A program made the translations under genes and the position numbers. Positions 19,926 through 30,017 of a stretch of 64,000 nt of DNA are shown one piece after another. How positions within the stretch are numbered: position 1 is the stretch's first letter; every line of letters starts with the position of its first letter. This DNA is from an uncultured Porphyromonadaceae bacterium (GTDB lineage Bacteria > Bacteroidota > Bacteroidia > Bacteroidales > Barnesiellaceae_A), in assembly GCA_937891845.1 (NCBI GenBank), contig CALATP010000026.1, positions 26,429 to 90,428 of the forward strand, in the 5' to 3' direction. The notes under the pieces were generated by a model, which was not told the origin of the DNA, did not search any database, and saw only the letters and a list, made by a program, of their open reading frames with translations.

Positions 19926-21365
19926 ATGCTCTACGATGCACTGGCAGCACAAGCCATCCGACACTTACCCTATACCCCCAACGAGCAGCAGAGTGAGTTG
20001 CTCACACGACTTTCTCGTTTTGTACTCAATGGTCGTGACACCGAGTTGTTTCTTCTCACAGGCTATGCCGGTACGGGTAAGACCTCTTTGGTTGGCGCAT
20101 TAGTCAAGGCACTCGACGAGCTCAAGTTCAAGACCGTCTTGCTGGCTCCTACCGGCCGGGCTGCTAAGGTTTTCTCGCGCTACGCATCGCATCCGGCATT
20201 CACCATCCATCGCAAGATATATCGCCAACAACGATACTCGCCCGATATGAGCGGATTTCTTGCCGGTAACAACACCCATCGCGACACACTCTTTATCGTC
20301 GATGAGGCATCAATGATAGCCAATACACCCGGCGATGCGGGGCTATATGGTTCGGGGCGACTGCTCGACGACCTCATCGAGTATGTCTATGGCGGTGACA
20401 ATTGCCGATTATTGTTGTTAGGCGACAATGCTCAGTTACCCCCCGTAGGGCAACCATTCAGCCCGGCTCTCTCTCCCGAGCTGCTTCGGGCGCAAGGTAT
20501 GGATGTTACGGCTTTCGAGCTCAATCTTGTTGCTCGACAAGATACCGACAGTGGTATTCTGTTCAATGCCACACGCCTGCGACATATTATGGCGCAATGC
20601 ACCGACGCGGTTATGCCACCACCTCAATTGCGGTTCGATGCTTTCCCCGATGTTATCAACCTCAGTGGCGAATACCTTGTTGAGACCATATCCGACTCTT
20701 ACGACTCGGTAGGACTCGACGACACCATTATTATTACCCGCTCCAACAAGCGAGCCGGTATCTTCAATCAAGGCATCCGCAATCAGATTTTATATCGCGA
20801 GGAGTTGCTGACAGCAGGCGATATGCTGCTTGTTGCCAAGAATAACTATTATTGGGGAAAGGAATATAAAGAAGTCGATTTCATTGCCAATGGCGATATA
20901 GCGCGTGTCGTGCGCGTGCGCAAGACCTATCAGATGTACGGTTTTAACTTTGCCGATGTCCAATTACAATTCCCCGATCTCGATGTCGAACTCGAAGCTC
21001 GCATCCTGATCGACACGCTCACTAGTGATGCACCCGCTCTCTCGCGTGAGCAGAACGAGCAGCTATACACTGCCATCCTTGCCGATTATGCACACATTTC
21101 TACACAACGCGAGAGGTTGCAACGTCTCAAGGCCGACCCTTGGTTCAATGCGTTGCAAGTCAAGTATGCCTATGGTGTAACTTGTCACAAGGCTCAAGGA
21201 GGACAGTGGAAGCACGCCTACATCGATATGGGATATATCGACCCAACGACACTCTCCATCGACTTCTATCGTTGGCTATACACTGCCATTACACGTGCCA
21301 CTGAGCGCGTATATTTCATCAATACAGCCCCTCATTTCATCGAAGGGGCAACAGAAAATGACTAG
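19926..21365 (+). CDS. RecD/TraA-like superfamily-1 DNA helicase (AAA_30 plus UvrD_C_2 type)
   Basis: Walker A LTGYAGTGKTS, Walker B LFIVDEASM, and C-terminal YAYGVTCHKAQGGQW. ATG 19926 was chosen because the longer ORF overlaps the opposite-strand gene. Confidence 0.8.
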   Translation: MLYDALAAQAIRHLPYTPNEQQSELLTRLSRFVLNGRDTELFLLTGYAGTGKTSLVGALVKALDELKFKTVLLAPTGRAAKVFSRYASHPAFTIHRKIYRQQRYSPDMSGFLAGNNTHRDTLFIVDEASMIANTPGDAGLYGSGRLLDDLIEYVYGGDNCRLLLLGDNAQLPPVGQPFSPALSPELLRAQGMDVTAFELNLVARQDTDSGILFNATRLRHIMAQCTDAVMPPPQLRFDAFPDVINLSGEYLVETISDSYDSVGLDDTIIITRSNKRAGIFNQGIRNQILYREELLTAGDMLLVAKNNYYWGKEYKEVDFIANGDIARVVRVRKTYQMYGFNFADVQLQFPDLDVELEARILIDTLTSDAPALSREQNEQLYTAILADYAHISTQRERLQRLKADPWFNALQVKYAYGVTCHKAQGGQWKHAYIDMGYIDPTTLSIDFYRWLYTAITRATERVYFINTAPHFIEGATEND

Positions 21366-21382
21366 CTGAATGTGATTGATAA

Positions 21383-22576
21383 TTAGAACGCTTCCGACAT
21401 CCCAAACACAATACCGCTCGTGCCTTTACCAAATCCGTAGTCTACCCGCACATTTACATTGTGTTTGAACTCAAATCGCAAACCTATACCATAGTTGATG
21501 AGTAAGTCATCTCCTTTCAGTTCCTTGAACGACGGGAATACAGTGCCACAGCCCACCCAAGCCACAGCTCCCAAGCGTTTATATACTCTTTGGCGCAATT
21601 CTATCTGACCACTCATTATGTTATTGTCTATATAACGGCCGGCGTAGTAGCCTCGCATTCGCGCGCCTCCCGCTCCCAGCTCGGCTCGCAACGGCCACGG
21701 CACATCTGTACCGTTATACTGCCCATACAGGTCTAGTGCCATTACCGAGCCTTTCCACAAGCGTTGGTAATAATTGGCTGTCAGGGTAGTAGAGAATATA
21801 TTCTGTCCGCTTGTTCCCAATGGACGTGGATAATAAACCTCTTTCAGCATTATATAAAATCCTCGTTGCGGATTGGGTATAAAATCGCGTGTATCATACA
21901 CTATAGATGCACCTATTCCGGTAAAGAAATACGACGTCTCTTGTCCTTGCAGGTACGATAAGTTGTCTATTTTCGATAAGAATGTGTACCGTAAATTTAG
22001 GGCGGCTCCTATATGAAAGTGTGGCGTTATCTTATATACATAGTCACTCTCTAGTTTCAGGTGACGGCGTGTATATTTGCTCTTTTCGTTTATGGCGCAA
22101 GCATCATACGAGATACCCCAAAAGTCCAATGGCTTGTTTTGGAAGGCAAGGTCATAAGTCAGTCGCGCCCGGTCGCGCTTGAAAAGGTGATTTCCCTTGA
22201 AGATAAAACTATATTGTCCTGTCAGAGATATGTTGGCAAATATCTGTGCATCGGATGGCGACATCAACGAATCGGTGCGATCCGTTCTATACAATCCTGT
22301 CACCATTCCTCCTATTCCGAAACTCGCCTCTCGTGAATATGAGGGAAGGATGGCAAAACTTATATCCAGCGGTTTTTCAAACGTTTTATCCTTATGACCG
22401 CCTATCAACTGCTTGATAAACTTTTGGAAGATGTTATCTTTCTTTACCGTGATACTGTCTGTGACTATACTGTCGCTCAAAGCCGAGGTCGGCTCTGTGA
22501 TAACCATACCGTAGCCGGGGCAGTATGCAATTACAGTCAATATAAGAAATATTATTATAAGTAGTTGTCGCTTCAT
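21383..22576 (-). CDS. Omp85/BamA-TamA-family outer-membrane beta-barrel protein
   Basis: Signal peptide, alternating beta-strand pattern, and a C-terminal aromatic end (GIVFGMSEAF). Confidence 0.65.
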   Translation of the reverse strand: MKRQLLIIIFLILTVIAYCPGYGMVITEPTSALSDSIVTDSITVKKDNIFQKFIKQLIGGHKDKTFEKPLDISFAILPSYSREASFGIGGMVTGLYRTDRTDSLMSPSDAQIFANISLTGQYSFIFKGNHLFKRDRARLTYDLAFQNKPLDFWGISYDACAINEKSKYTRRHLKLESDYVYKITPHFHIGAALNLRYTFLSKIDNLSYLQGQETSYFFTGIGASIVYDTRDFIPNPQRGFYIMLKEVYYPRPLGTSGQNIFSTTLTANYYQRLWKGSVMALDLYGQYNGTDVPWPLRAELGAGGARMRGYYAGRYIDNNIMSGQIELRQRVYKRLGAVAWVGCGTVFPSFKELKGDDLLINYGIGLRFEFKHNVNVRVDYGFGKGTSGIVFGMSEAF

Positions 22577-22828
22577 TCCACGTTCCTATTATCCTATTGA
22601 GATTTTACAATCTGTTATAAAACGTCATTTCTATTATTATATTGTGTTGCCGGACTATTTTGATTACCCGTTTTGCAACTTTTGTGTGATTTTTAAACAT
22701 ATTTTATAGTATTAATTCTATTCCCTATGCACCTTTGCTATATTACTTTACAGCTATTATCATATCATTAATACCCGCTTGAGATGATTGCGACTCATTC
22801 ATAAGTTGTAAATCCCAATTATTTTCTT

Positions 22829-22836
22829 TATATTTG
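22829..22836 (+). promoter_or_regulatory. Bacteroidota -7 promoter box (TATATTTG)
   Basis: Exact match to the TAnnTTTG consensus, 238 nt upstream of the portal-like ATG. No plus-strand gene lies upstream. Confidence 0.45.
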
Positions 22837-22923
22837 CACAATAAAATTTGATGTTATGTAAGGGAACATTGTTCCCGCAAAGATATTCCCCTCCCTAATT
22901 TATGGGAACACTCTCAATGAGTG

Positions 22924-22968
22924 GACAGTGCCGATCCTCTGTGAAGACCGTCGGCATTGTTTTTTTTA
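22924..22968 (+). terminator. intrinsic terminator inside the portal-gene leader
   Basis: gacagtgccgat / gtcggcattgtt stem (12 bp including 2 G-U) with a 14-nt loop, running into T7-8 (tttttttt). Plus-strand orientation only. Confidence 0.6.
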
Positions 22969-23073
22969 TATGACTGTTGATACATACGTTTGCCGCTTCT
23001 CGTTTCTCTCTATCGCACAATTGTGTTATATATCGATGTTTATTTTGCAGCGGTAAACCATTAAAATTCTATT

Positions 23074-24993
23074 ATGAAATCCAATGACTTTATGAAGCCT
23101 CACTATCAAGCCTTGCTGCAGTCCGACCGTAGCAATGCCGATGTGGCGGGCACCTTTATGCAACAAGATAATGAATTGCTCAACAAGGCACACGATGCGT
23201 GGAATGCTATGGCAACTTATAGGCAATGTCGCACACGCAATCGCAATTATACCTACGGAAAACAGTGGGTCGATCCCATCTCACTTGCCGATGGTCGCGT
23301 GCTTTCGGAGGAACAATATCTTCGCGAACAAGGCAAAGTGCCGCTCAAAAACAACCTCATCCGGCAGCTTGTCAAGAGTGTAATAGGACAGTTTAGAAGT
23401 GCCCAGACCGAGCCGGTGTGTATCTCTCGCGAACGCAAAGAACAATCATTGGGCGAAATTATGAGTGTCGTTATGCAATATGCCTATCAGCACAATCGGC
23501 TCTATGAACTCGACAGCCGCTCGCTCGAAGAGTTTCTCATTTCTGGTTCTTGTTTCCATAAGATTGGCTACGGAAATCGTCGCGGAAAAACCGATGTGTG
23601 GATAGATGCCGTACAACCTTCTCGTATCTTCTTCAACACGATGGAAGATTGTCGCCTGTGGGATTGCAATCTCATTGGCGAGTTGCACGATATGACTCTC
23701 AATGACGTTATAGCACGTTTTGCCGGTGGTAGCCCGCAGAAGGCTCGACACCTCCGACAAATATTTGGAGATGCAACCGATGTCAGTCATTACAACTCTA
23801 TCGACACTGCTTCGGCTCAACGTTTTGATTCAATTAACTTTTTTGTACCCGACAATTCTCACCATTGTCGCGTTATTGAGCTATGGACACTCGATAGTCG
23901 TGAGATGTTGCGTTGTCACGATACTATGTCGGGACAATTCTACAAAGTTGATGTTGCACTCGCACACGACGTAGAAAAAGAAAACCAACGTCGTAGGGAT
24001 GAAGCTGCATCGCGAGGTATCGAGGCCGCTCAAGTGCCCATTATCGAGACCGAATGGTTTCTGGAGAACTATTGGTACTACCGTTTCTTCTCTCCATTGG
24101 GACATATTCTTGATGAAGGCGAGTCGCCCTATTGGCACGGTGAACATCCTTATTCGTTGCGCCTTTACCCTATGATCGATAGTGAAATTCACTCCTTTGT
24201 CGAAGATGTCATTGACCAACAACGATATGTCAATCGACTCATTACTATGATCGACTTCATTATGGGTAGCAGTGCCAAGGGTGTACTATTATTCCCCGAA
24301 GACCAAATACCCGATGGAATGTCTCTCGATGATATCGCTACGGAGTGGACTCGTTGCAATGGTGTGATTCTCTTCCGGCCCAAGCCCGGTTGTGCTATGC
24401 CTCAGCAGATTGCTGTAAATGCAACTAATGTAGGTGCTTACGAACTATTATCCTTGCAGATGCGACTGCTCGAAGATATTTCGGGGGTACACAGTGCCAT
24501 ACAAGGCAAGGCTGTACCTTCGGGAACGGCATCTTCCCTATATGCTCAGCAAGTGCAATATTCGGCTGTCAATTTGCTCGACCTTTTTGAGTCCTTCAAG
24601 GCTTTTCGTGAGGAACGTGACACAAAGTTGATGAAAACTATTCAGCAATTCTACGACGAGAACCGTTACAAACTTATTGCCGGTGATGATAACTTCGATA
24701 CCGATAGTATCACACCCGAGAGAGTACGAAATGCCGAGTTCGATATTGTTATTGCCGAGTCGGCGTCTGCCCCTGCTTTCCGTCAGATGTCTAATGATTT
24801 TCTTTTGGAACTTTTCCGTTCTGGCCACATTTCGTTGCAAGCGCTACTCGAAACAGGCACTTTCCCTTTTGCCGACAAACTTTTACAATATGTCAACTCC
24901 GAGCAACAGCAACAAATGCAAATGATGGCTGCTCTCTCGCAGCAACAAGCTCCCGGTTCTTCATCACCGACAGCTCAACCTGCACAACTTTAA
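23074..24993 (+). CDS. phage portal (head-tail connector)-like protein
   Basis: 639 aa. N-terminal RNRNYTYGKQW-type motif, then a long alpha/beta core and a Gln-rich C-terminal tail (SEQQQQMQMMAALSQQQ). Overall resemblance to podovirus-type portals, judged by eye only. Confidence 0.6.
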   Translation: MKSNDFMKPHYQALLQSDRSNADVAGTFMQQDNELLNKAHDAWNAMATYRQCRTRNRNYTYGKQWVDPISLADGRVLSEEQYLREQGKVPLKNNLIRQLVKSVIGQFRSAQTEPVCISRERKEQSLGEIMSVVMQYAYQHNRLYELDSRSLEEFLISGSCFHKIGYGNRRGKTDVWIDAVQPSRIFFNTMEDCRLWDCNLIGELHDMTLNDVIARFAGGSPQKARHLRQIFGDATDVSHYNSIDTASAQRFDSINFFVPDNSHHCRVIELWTLDSREMLRCHDTMSGQFYKVDVALAHDVEKENQRRRDEAASRGIEAAQVPIIETEWFLENYWYYRFFSPLGHILDEGESPYWHGEHPYSLRLYPMIDSEIHSFVEDVIDQQRYVNRLITMIDFIMGSSAKGVLLFPEDQIPDGMSLDDIATEWTRCNGVILFRPKPGCAMPQQIAVNATNVGAYELLSLQMRLLEDISGVHSAIQGKAVPSGTASSLYAQQVQYSAVNLLDLFESFKAFREERDTKLMKTIQQFYDENRYKLIAGDDNFDTDSITPERVRNAEFDIVIAESASAPAFRQMSNDFLLELFRSGHISLQALLETGTFPFADKLLQYVNSEQQQQMQMMAALSQQQAPGSSSPTAQPAQL

Positions 24994-25025
24994 TATTTAC
25001 ACCGATGATGGGGCGGTTTTTCAAG

Positions 25026-25059
25026 AGGCTGTATCAAAATGAAAATTATGGTACAGCCT
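25026..25059 (+). terminator. intrinsic terminator after the portal-like gene
   Basis: aggctgta / tacagcct stem (extendable with one wobble) followed by ttttctggttt. Sits 33 nt after the stop. Confidence 0.55.
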
Positions 25060-25223
25060 TTTCTGGTTTCTATGGCTTGACATAATTCAGGGCGTGTGTG
25101 CATTACGGCATCCTGCACTTTTCTGCTATATACGTTGCTCTTTACCATTATGCATCTTTCTCAATATATAATGTCAATATCTTAAATATTTACAAAACGT
25201 TACTCTCTCTCAAAAAAATAAAC

Positions 25224-25231
25224 TAAATTTG
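25224..25231 (+). promoter_or_regulatory. -7 promoter box (TAAATTTG)
   Basis: TAnnTTTG match 32 nt upstream of ATG 25263. Confidence 0.4.
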
Positions 25232-25262
25232 TTCCCTAATATTTAATATATTACATTACAAT

Positions 25263-26129
25263 ATGAAAAAGATTATCATCTCGCTATCACTTCTTTTCAC
25301 AGTGATATTTACTTCGCAGGCCATCAACCCCGACAGTGTACGTTATAAACATCAATCTACCGATACAGCGCGTATCACAGAGGTTCTCAATGCCACTCGC
25401 AATGCGCAATTGCAATCTCCTGCCGATCGTATTACATTTATTGCCGGTCAATTCTTGGGCACTCCCTATGTTGCTGCTACACTCGAAGGCGAACCCGAGA
25501 TGCTCACTGTCAATACATCCGAGTTTGATTGCACAACATTTGTCGAGACCGTTATTGCTTTGGCTCTCACTGCGGATGTCGATTCGACTACATATCTCGA
25601 TTTTATCGACAACCTTGCCGCTTTGCGTTATCGCAACGGAGTGGTGGACGGATATGCATCACGCCTGCACTATGTGACCGACTGGATAGCTTGTAATTCC
25701 GAACGTAATATCTTTACCGAAATTACCAATCAAAATCCTCGTGTGGCTCACAAAAAAATCTCGTTGAATTATATGTCAAAGCACCGTCGTAGCTATCCCG
25801 CTTTGGCTTCCAACAACGAGGCTTATAATGCCATTCTCGATGTTGAGAAACCTTTCCTCAATTATAATATGCCCTACATCCCTAAGGCCGCTGTGGGGAC
25901 ACCGCAATGTAGCAAATGGCTCAAAAATGGTGATATCGTTTTTATTACCACATCTTTACAAGGTCTCGATGTAACGCATATGGGTATCATCGTATTTCAA
26001 CGAGGTATGCCATACCTCTTGCACGCATCATCAAAGGGCAAGCAAGTTATCGTCGATCCGCAACCCCTTAGCAACTATTTGCAGTCCAACAGCAATGCTA
26101 TCGGCATTCGTGTCGTAAGGCTCAACTGA
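25263..26129 (+). CDS. DUF1460 / N-acetylmuramoyl-L-alanine amidase-like secreted protein
   Basis: Signal peptide, then FIAGQFLGTPYVAATLEG...EFDCTTFVETVIALAL and a THMGIIV region typical of DUF1460. Confidence 0.6.
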   Translation: MKKIIISLSLLFTVIFTSQAINPDSVRYKHQSTDTARITEVLNATRNAQLQSPADRITFIAGQFLGTPYVAATLEGEPEMLTVNTSEFDCTTFVETVIALALTADVDSTTYLDFIDNLAALRYRNGVVDGYASRLHYVTDWIACNSERNIFTEITNQNPRVAHKKISLNYMSKHRRSYPALASNNEAYNAILDVEKPFLNYNMPYIPKAAVGTPQCSKWLKNGDIVFITTSLQGLDVTHMGIIVFQRGMPYLLHASSKGKQVIVDPQPLSNYLQSNSNAIGIRVVRLN

Positions 26130-26224
26130 TTTTGATTTATTCACCTATCGAAAACTTCCCGCAACATATCGTTGTTCTATCTGCGTAGAACACACTTTTA
26201 TGTACATTAAATTTTATATATAAT

Positions 26225-27589
26225 ATGTATTCCGATTTGCTTCGTCGCCAACGACTCTTTTATCTCGAACACATCACACGTGAGATTCCTTATCGTCTCA
26301 CGGCTCTCGACCGTTTGCGTGAGGGTATCATCGATCACGAAAAGGAGTTGACCGAAGCACTGCATAGCGACTTGGGTAAATCGGATTTCGAGAGCTACAC
26401 AACCGAGATAGGCATAATTCTCAGCGAAATAACCTATATGCAGCGCAATTTGCAACGATGGGCTGCTCAACGCTCGGTCTTTACCCCCATATCGCTCTTT
26501 GGTTCGCGCAGTAAGATTCATTATGAGCCACGAGGCGTGGTTCTCATCATTGCGCCTTGGAACTACCCGTTACAGCTGGCTTTTGCTCCGCTTATCGGTG
26601 CTATTGCCGCCGGAAACTGTGCCGTTGTCAAGCCCTCTTCTCAGTCGCCGCATACAGCCGCTGTAATGAAAAAGATTATTGACGAATGTTTTGAGGATGA
26701 GTATATTGCGCTTGTCGAACCCGTCGAAAAATCCTCTGATGAATTGCTCAAGTTGCAGTGGGATTACATTTTCTTTACCGGCGGTTCTACCCACGGTCGC
26801 AATGTGATGCAAGCCGCTGCCAAATATCTCACACCCGTTACGCTCGAATTGGGTGGTAAGAGTCCCTGCATTGTCGACCAAGATGCCGACCTACGCATCG
26901 CTGCTCAACGCATTGTGTGGGGTAAATTGATTAATTGCGGACAGACTTGCGTAGCTCCGGATTATCTCTTTGTCCACTCCGACGTGCGCGACCTACTCAT
27001 AGAGTTGATGAAAGAAGAGATTACCGCGCAATATGGTAGCAACCCGCTTCTCAGCCCCGACTACCCCCGTATTGTCAACACCAAGCACTTCGACCGATTG
27101 GTTGCTATGCTCACCGACGGTAATATTATCTATGGCGGGCAATATGACGCATCACAACGTTATATTGCTCCTACACTCATATACAACATTTCGCAAGACT
27201 CGCGCTTGTTGTCCGACGAAATTTTCGGCCCCATACTTCCTATCATCCCATTCAGCGATATAGACGATTGTGTCGAGCATATCAACAATCATCCTACACC
27301 GTTAGCACTATATTATTTCACCGGTAGTAAGAAAAAAGCGCAATATATCATCAATCATACTCAATCGGGTGGGGTATGTATCAACGATACCATCATACAC
27401 GTTGCCAATGCTCACCTGCCTTTTGGTGGTGTGGGAGCTAGCGGTATGGGACAATATCACGGCCGATATAGTTTTGAAACTTTCAGTCACGCCAAGGCGG
27501 TTGTTTCTACAACCACCAAGCTATACCTCGACATCAAGTTGGCTCCTTTTGGTAACAAACTCAAATGGGTCAAAAAACTACTCAAATAG
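26225..27589 (+). CDS. aldehyde dehydrogenase (class 3-like)
   Basis: ELGGKSPCIV and GQTCVAPDY (catalytic Cys) motifs. 454 aa. Confidence 0.9.
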   Translation: MYSDLLRRQRLFYLEHITREIPYRLTALDRLREGIIDHEKELTEALHSDLGKSDFESYTTEIGIILSEITYMQRNLQRWAAQRSVFTPISLFGSRSKIHYEPRGVVLIIAPWNYPLQLAFAPLIGAIAAGNCAVVKPSSQSPHTAAVMKKIIDECFEDEYIALVEPVEKSSDELLKLQWDYIFFTGGSTHGRNVMQAAAKYLTPVTLELGGKSPCIVDQDADLRIAAQRIVWGKLINCGQTCVAPDYLFVHSDVRDLLIELMKEEITAQYGSNPLLSPDYPRIVNTKHFDRLVAMLTDGNIIYGGQYDASQRYIAPTLIYNISQDSRLLSDEIFGPILPIIPFSDIDDCVEHINNHPTPLALYYFTGSKKKAQYIINHTQSGGVCINDTIIHVANAHLPFGGVGASGMGQYHGRYSFETFSHAKAVVSTTTKLYLDIKLAPFGNKLKWVKKLLK

Positions 27590-27652
27590 AAACAGCATAC
27601 ATCCCCGAGTGCCAAACTTTTTTCTTATCTTTGTTCCCTTAATTGTATTATA

Positions 27653-29992
27653 GTGGAACAAGAACTTCTCAAACATCTCAATACCGCACAGCGTGAGGCT
27701 GTGACATACACCGAGGGACCTCAGCTTGTCATTGCTGGTGCCGGTTCGGGAAAGACTCGTGTACTCACATACAAGATTGCATATCTGCTCTCTTTGGGTT
27801 ACGAGCCGTGGCGCATTCTTGCTCTCACTTTTACCATTAAGGCTGCCAATGAAATGAAAGAGCGTATTGCCGCACTGGTTGGTAAAGAAACGGCTTCTAG
27901 GTTGTGGATGGGTACTTTCCACTCTATCTTCTCTCGCATCTTGCACGCCAATGCCGACCGCATTGGATTTCGACACGATTTCACTATTTACGACACGGCC
28001 GATTCGCGTTCTCTCATCAAAACTATCATCAAGGAGATGCAACTCGACGACAAGATATACAAGCCGGCCACTGTGCAGAGCATTATTTCCAATGCCAAGA
28101 ATGCACTCATCACCCCCGGTGCCTATGCCGCCAATGCCGAGTTGCGCGATATGGATTATAAGCAGAAACGTCCGCTCGTGTACAACATTTATCGCACCTA
28201 TTGGGAGCGTTGTTTTCGTGCCGGTGCGATGGACTTCGACGACCTTCTGTTATACACCAATATTCTCTTTCGCGATCACCCCGACGTGGCACAGAAGTAT
28301 CGCGACCTATTTCGCTTTGTCCTTGTCGATGAGTACCAAGATACAAACTTCTCACAGCATCTCATTGTCAATCAGCTGTGCAGTCAGCACGGCCGGCTTT
28401 GTGTCGTAGGCGATGATGCTCAGAGTATATACTCTTTTCGCGGTGCCAATATTGGCAACATACTCAATCTCAAGAATGAATACAAAGGACTTCGCATCGA
28501 CAAGTTGGAGCAGAACTATCGCTCTACACAGAACATCGTCGATGCAGCCAACAGCCTCATAAAGAAAAATACCGAACAGATACCCAAGCGCGTATTCTCC
28601 GAGAAAGAGCGTGGCAGTAAAATTACGATATACTCATCATACAGCGACTTTGAAGAGGGTGCGCTCGTAGCCAATCGCATCAAGGAGATGCACCTGCTCA
28701 ATAGTCATCCTTACAACGACTTTGCCATCCTGTATCGCACCAATGCACAGTCGCGTGTTCTTGAGGAAGCTCTACGCAAGCGCAATATGCCTTATCGCAT
28801 CTATGGCGGGCTCTCTTTCTATCAACGCAAAGAAATCAAAGATGCCGTTGCATACTTCCGTCTCACCATAAACTCCGACGATGAAGAAGCTCTCAAGCGT
28901 GTCATCAACTATCCGGCACGCGGCATTGGAGAAACTACCGTTGGCAAGCTGTTGGCTTGTGCCCACACACACGACACCGGGGTGGGTAAGGTATTGAGTG
29001 ACCCCATTCAATACAACTTGCAAGTCAATGCCGGCACTCGTGCCAAGTTGTTGGCTTTCAATGAGCTGATACAGAGTTTTACTGCCGAGTCTCAGCGTCT
29101 GACCATTACCGAGTTGGTCGAGATGATTATCCGTCGGTCGGGTATCATCAGCGATATATATTCCGACTCAACACCCGAGAATATTGCACGTCAAGAAAAC
29201 ATTCAAGAGCTGCTCAATGCTGTACAAGAATTCTTTACTATGCGACAAGAAGCCGGTGATGAAAACTGCTCATTGGCCGATTTCCTTGCCGAGATTTCTC
29301 TCCTTACCGACCAAGATAAGGGCGATGAATTGCAGCAAGACAAAGTAACGCTTATGACTATTCACTCCGCCAAAGGATTGGAATTTCGTAACGTATTCAT
29401 CACCGGTTTGGAAGAGGATCTTTTCCCTTCTGCTATGTGCGTCGAGAGTCTGCAACAGATTGAGGAAGAGCGCAGGTTGCTATATGTTGCTATTACTCGC
29501 GCTCAAGAAAATTGTCTCCTCACGTATGCCCAGACTCGTTTTCGCAACGGAAAGACCAATACCTGTCGCCCCAGTCGTTTTATCAAGGATCTTGACACGA
29601 GGTATGTTACTCTTCCCGACAATGCCGCGCAAGCATCTGCCTCGACATCATCACATTTCGATGCTCCGTGGACGGTCAGATTTCATAACACCGACACTTT
29701 CGATACAAAACCTCGTCGTGAATTTAAAGACCCTCAAAAAACATCACAGCTCAAGCCCCTTGCCGGTTCGCGTCGTGTCGTGAGCAGTAACGCACCATCC
29801 TCTATGCGCGATAATGTTCAATCTCCGGCCGGCACTCTGCGACCCGGTACACGCATCCGTCACGACCGCTTTGGGTTTGGTACGATACAATCTATCGAAG
29901 GGGTAGGTGATAATTGCAAGATCGGAGTCGAATTTGACAACGTCGGTCACAAACAATTACTACTCAAATTTGCTAAGTTTACTATTGTCTAG
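27653..29992 (+). CDS. uvrD: UvrD/PcrA/Rep-family ATP-dependent DNA helicase
   Basis: LNTAQREAV, AGAGSGKTRVLT, VLVDEYQDTN, NYRST, IHSAKGLEF and RRLLYVAITRA motifs. GTG start. Confidence 0.9.
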   Translation: MEQELLKHLNTAQREAVTYTEGPQLVIAGAGSGKTRVLTYKIAYLLSLGYEPWRILALTFTIKAANEMKERIAALVGKETASRLWMGTFHSIFSRILHANADRIGFRHDFTIYDTADSRSLIKTIIKEMQLDDKIYKPATVQSIISNAKNALITPGAYAANAELRDMDYKQKRPLVYNIYRTYWERCFRAGAMDFDDLLLYTNILFRDHPDVAQKYRDLFRFVLVDEYQDTNFSQHLIVNQLCSQHGRLCVVGDDAQSIYSFRGANIGNILNLKNEYKGLRIDKLEQNYRSTQNIVDAANSLIKKNTEQIPKRVFSEKERGSKITIYSSYSDFEEGALVANRIKEMHLLNSHPYNDFAILYRTNAQSRVLEEALRKRNMPYRIYGGLSFYQRKEIKDAVAYFRLTINSDDEEALKRVINYPARGIGETTVGKLLACAHTHDTGVGKVLSDPIQYNLQVNAGTRAKLLAFNELIQSFTAESQRLTITELVEMIIRRSGIISDIYSDSTPENIARQENIQELLNAVQEFFTMRQEAGDENCSLADFLAEISLLTDQDKGDELQQDKVTLMTIHSAKGLEFRNVFITGLEEDLFPSAMCVESLQQIEEERRLLYVAITRAQENCLLTYAQTRFRNGKTNTCRPSRFIKDLDTRYVTLPDNAAQASASTSSHFDAPWTVRFHNTDTFDTKPRREFKDPQKTSQLKPLAGSRRVVSSNAPSSMRDNVQSPAGTLRPGTRIRHDRFGFGTIQSIEGVGDNCKIGVEFDNVGHKQLLLKFAKFTIV

Positions 29993-30017
29993 ACATCAAA
30001 TACAACTACAATATATT

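Noticed and set aside
18895-21365. DUF3822 plus RecD-like helicase as a possible defence pair
   Set aside because: The genes are divergent, each with its own -7 box. DUF3822 is coupled to rsmD, a pairing I recall as conserved housekeeping in Bacteroidota. No nuclease or effector domain was seen.
24890-24993. Gln-codon-rich repeat (caacagcaacaa...) at the end of the portal-like gene as a possible tandem repeat or phase-variation tract
   Set aside because: The repeat is short and imperfect and lies in-frame, encoding a Q-rich tail. There is no homopolymer or perfect microsatellite that would cause frameshifting.
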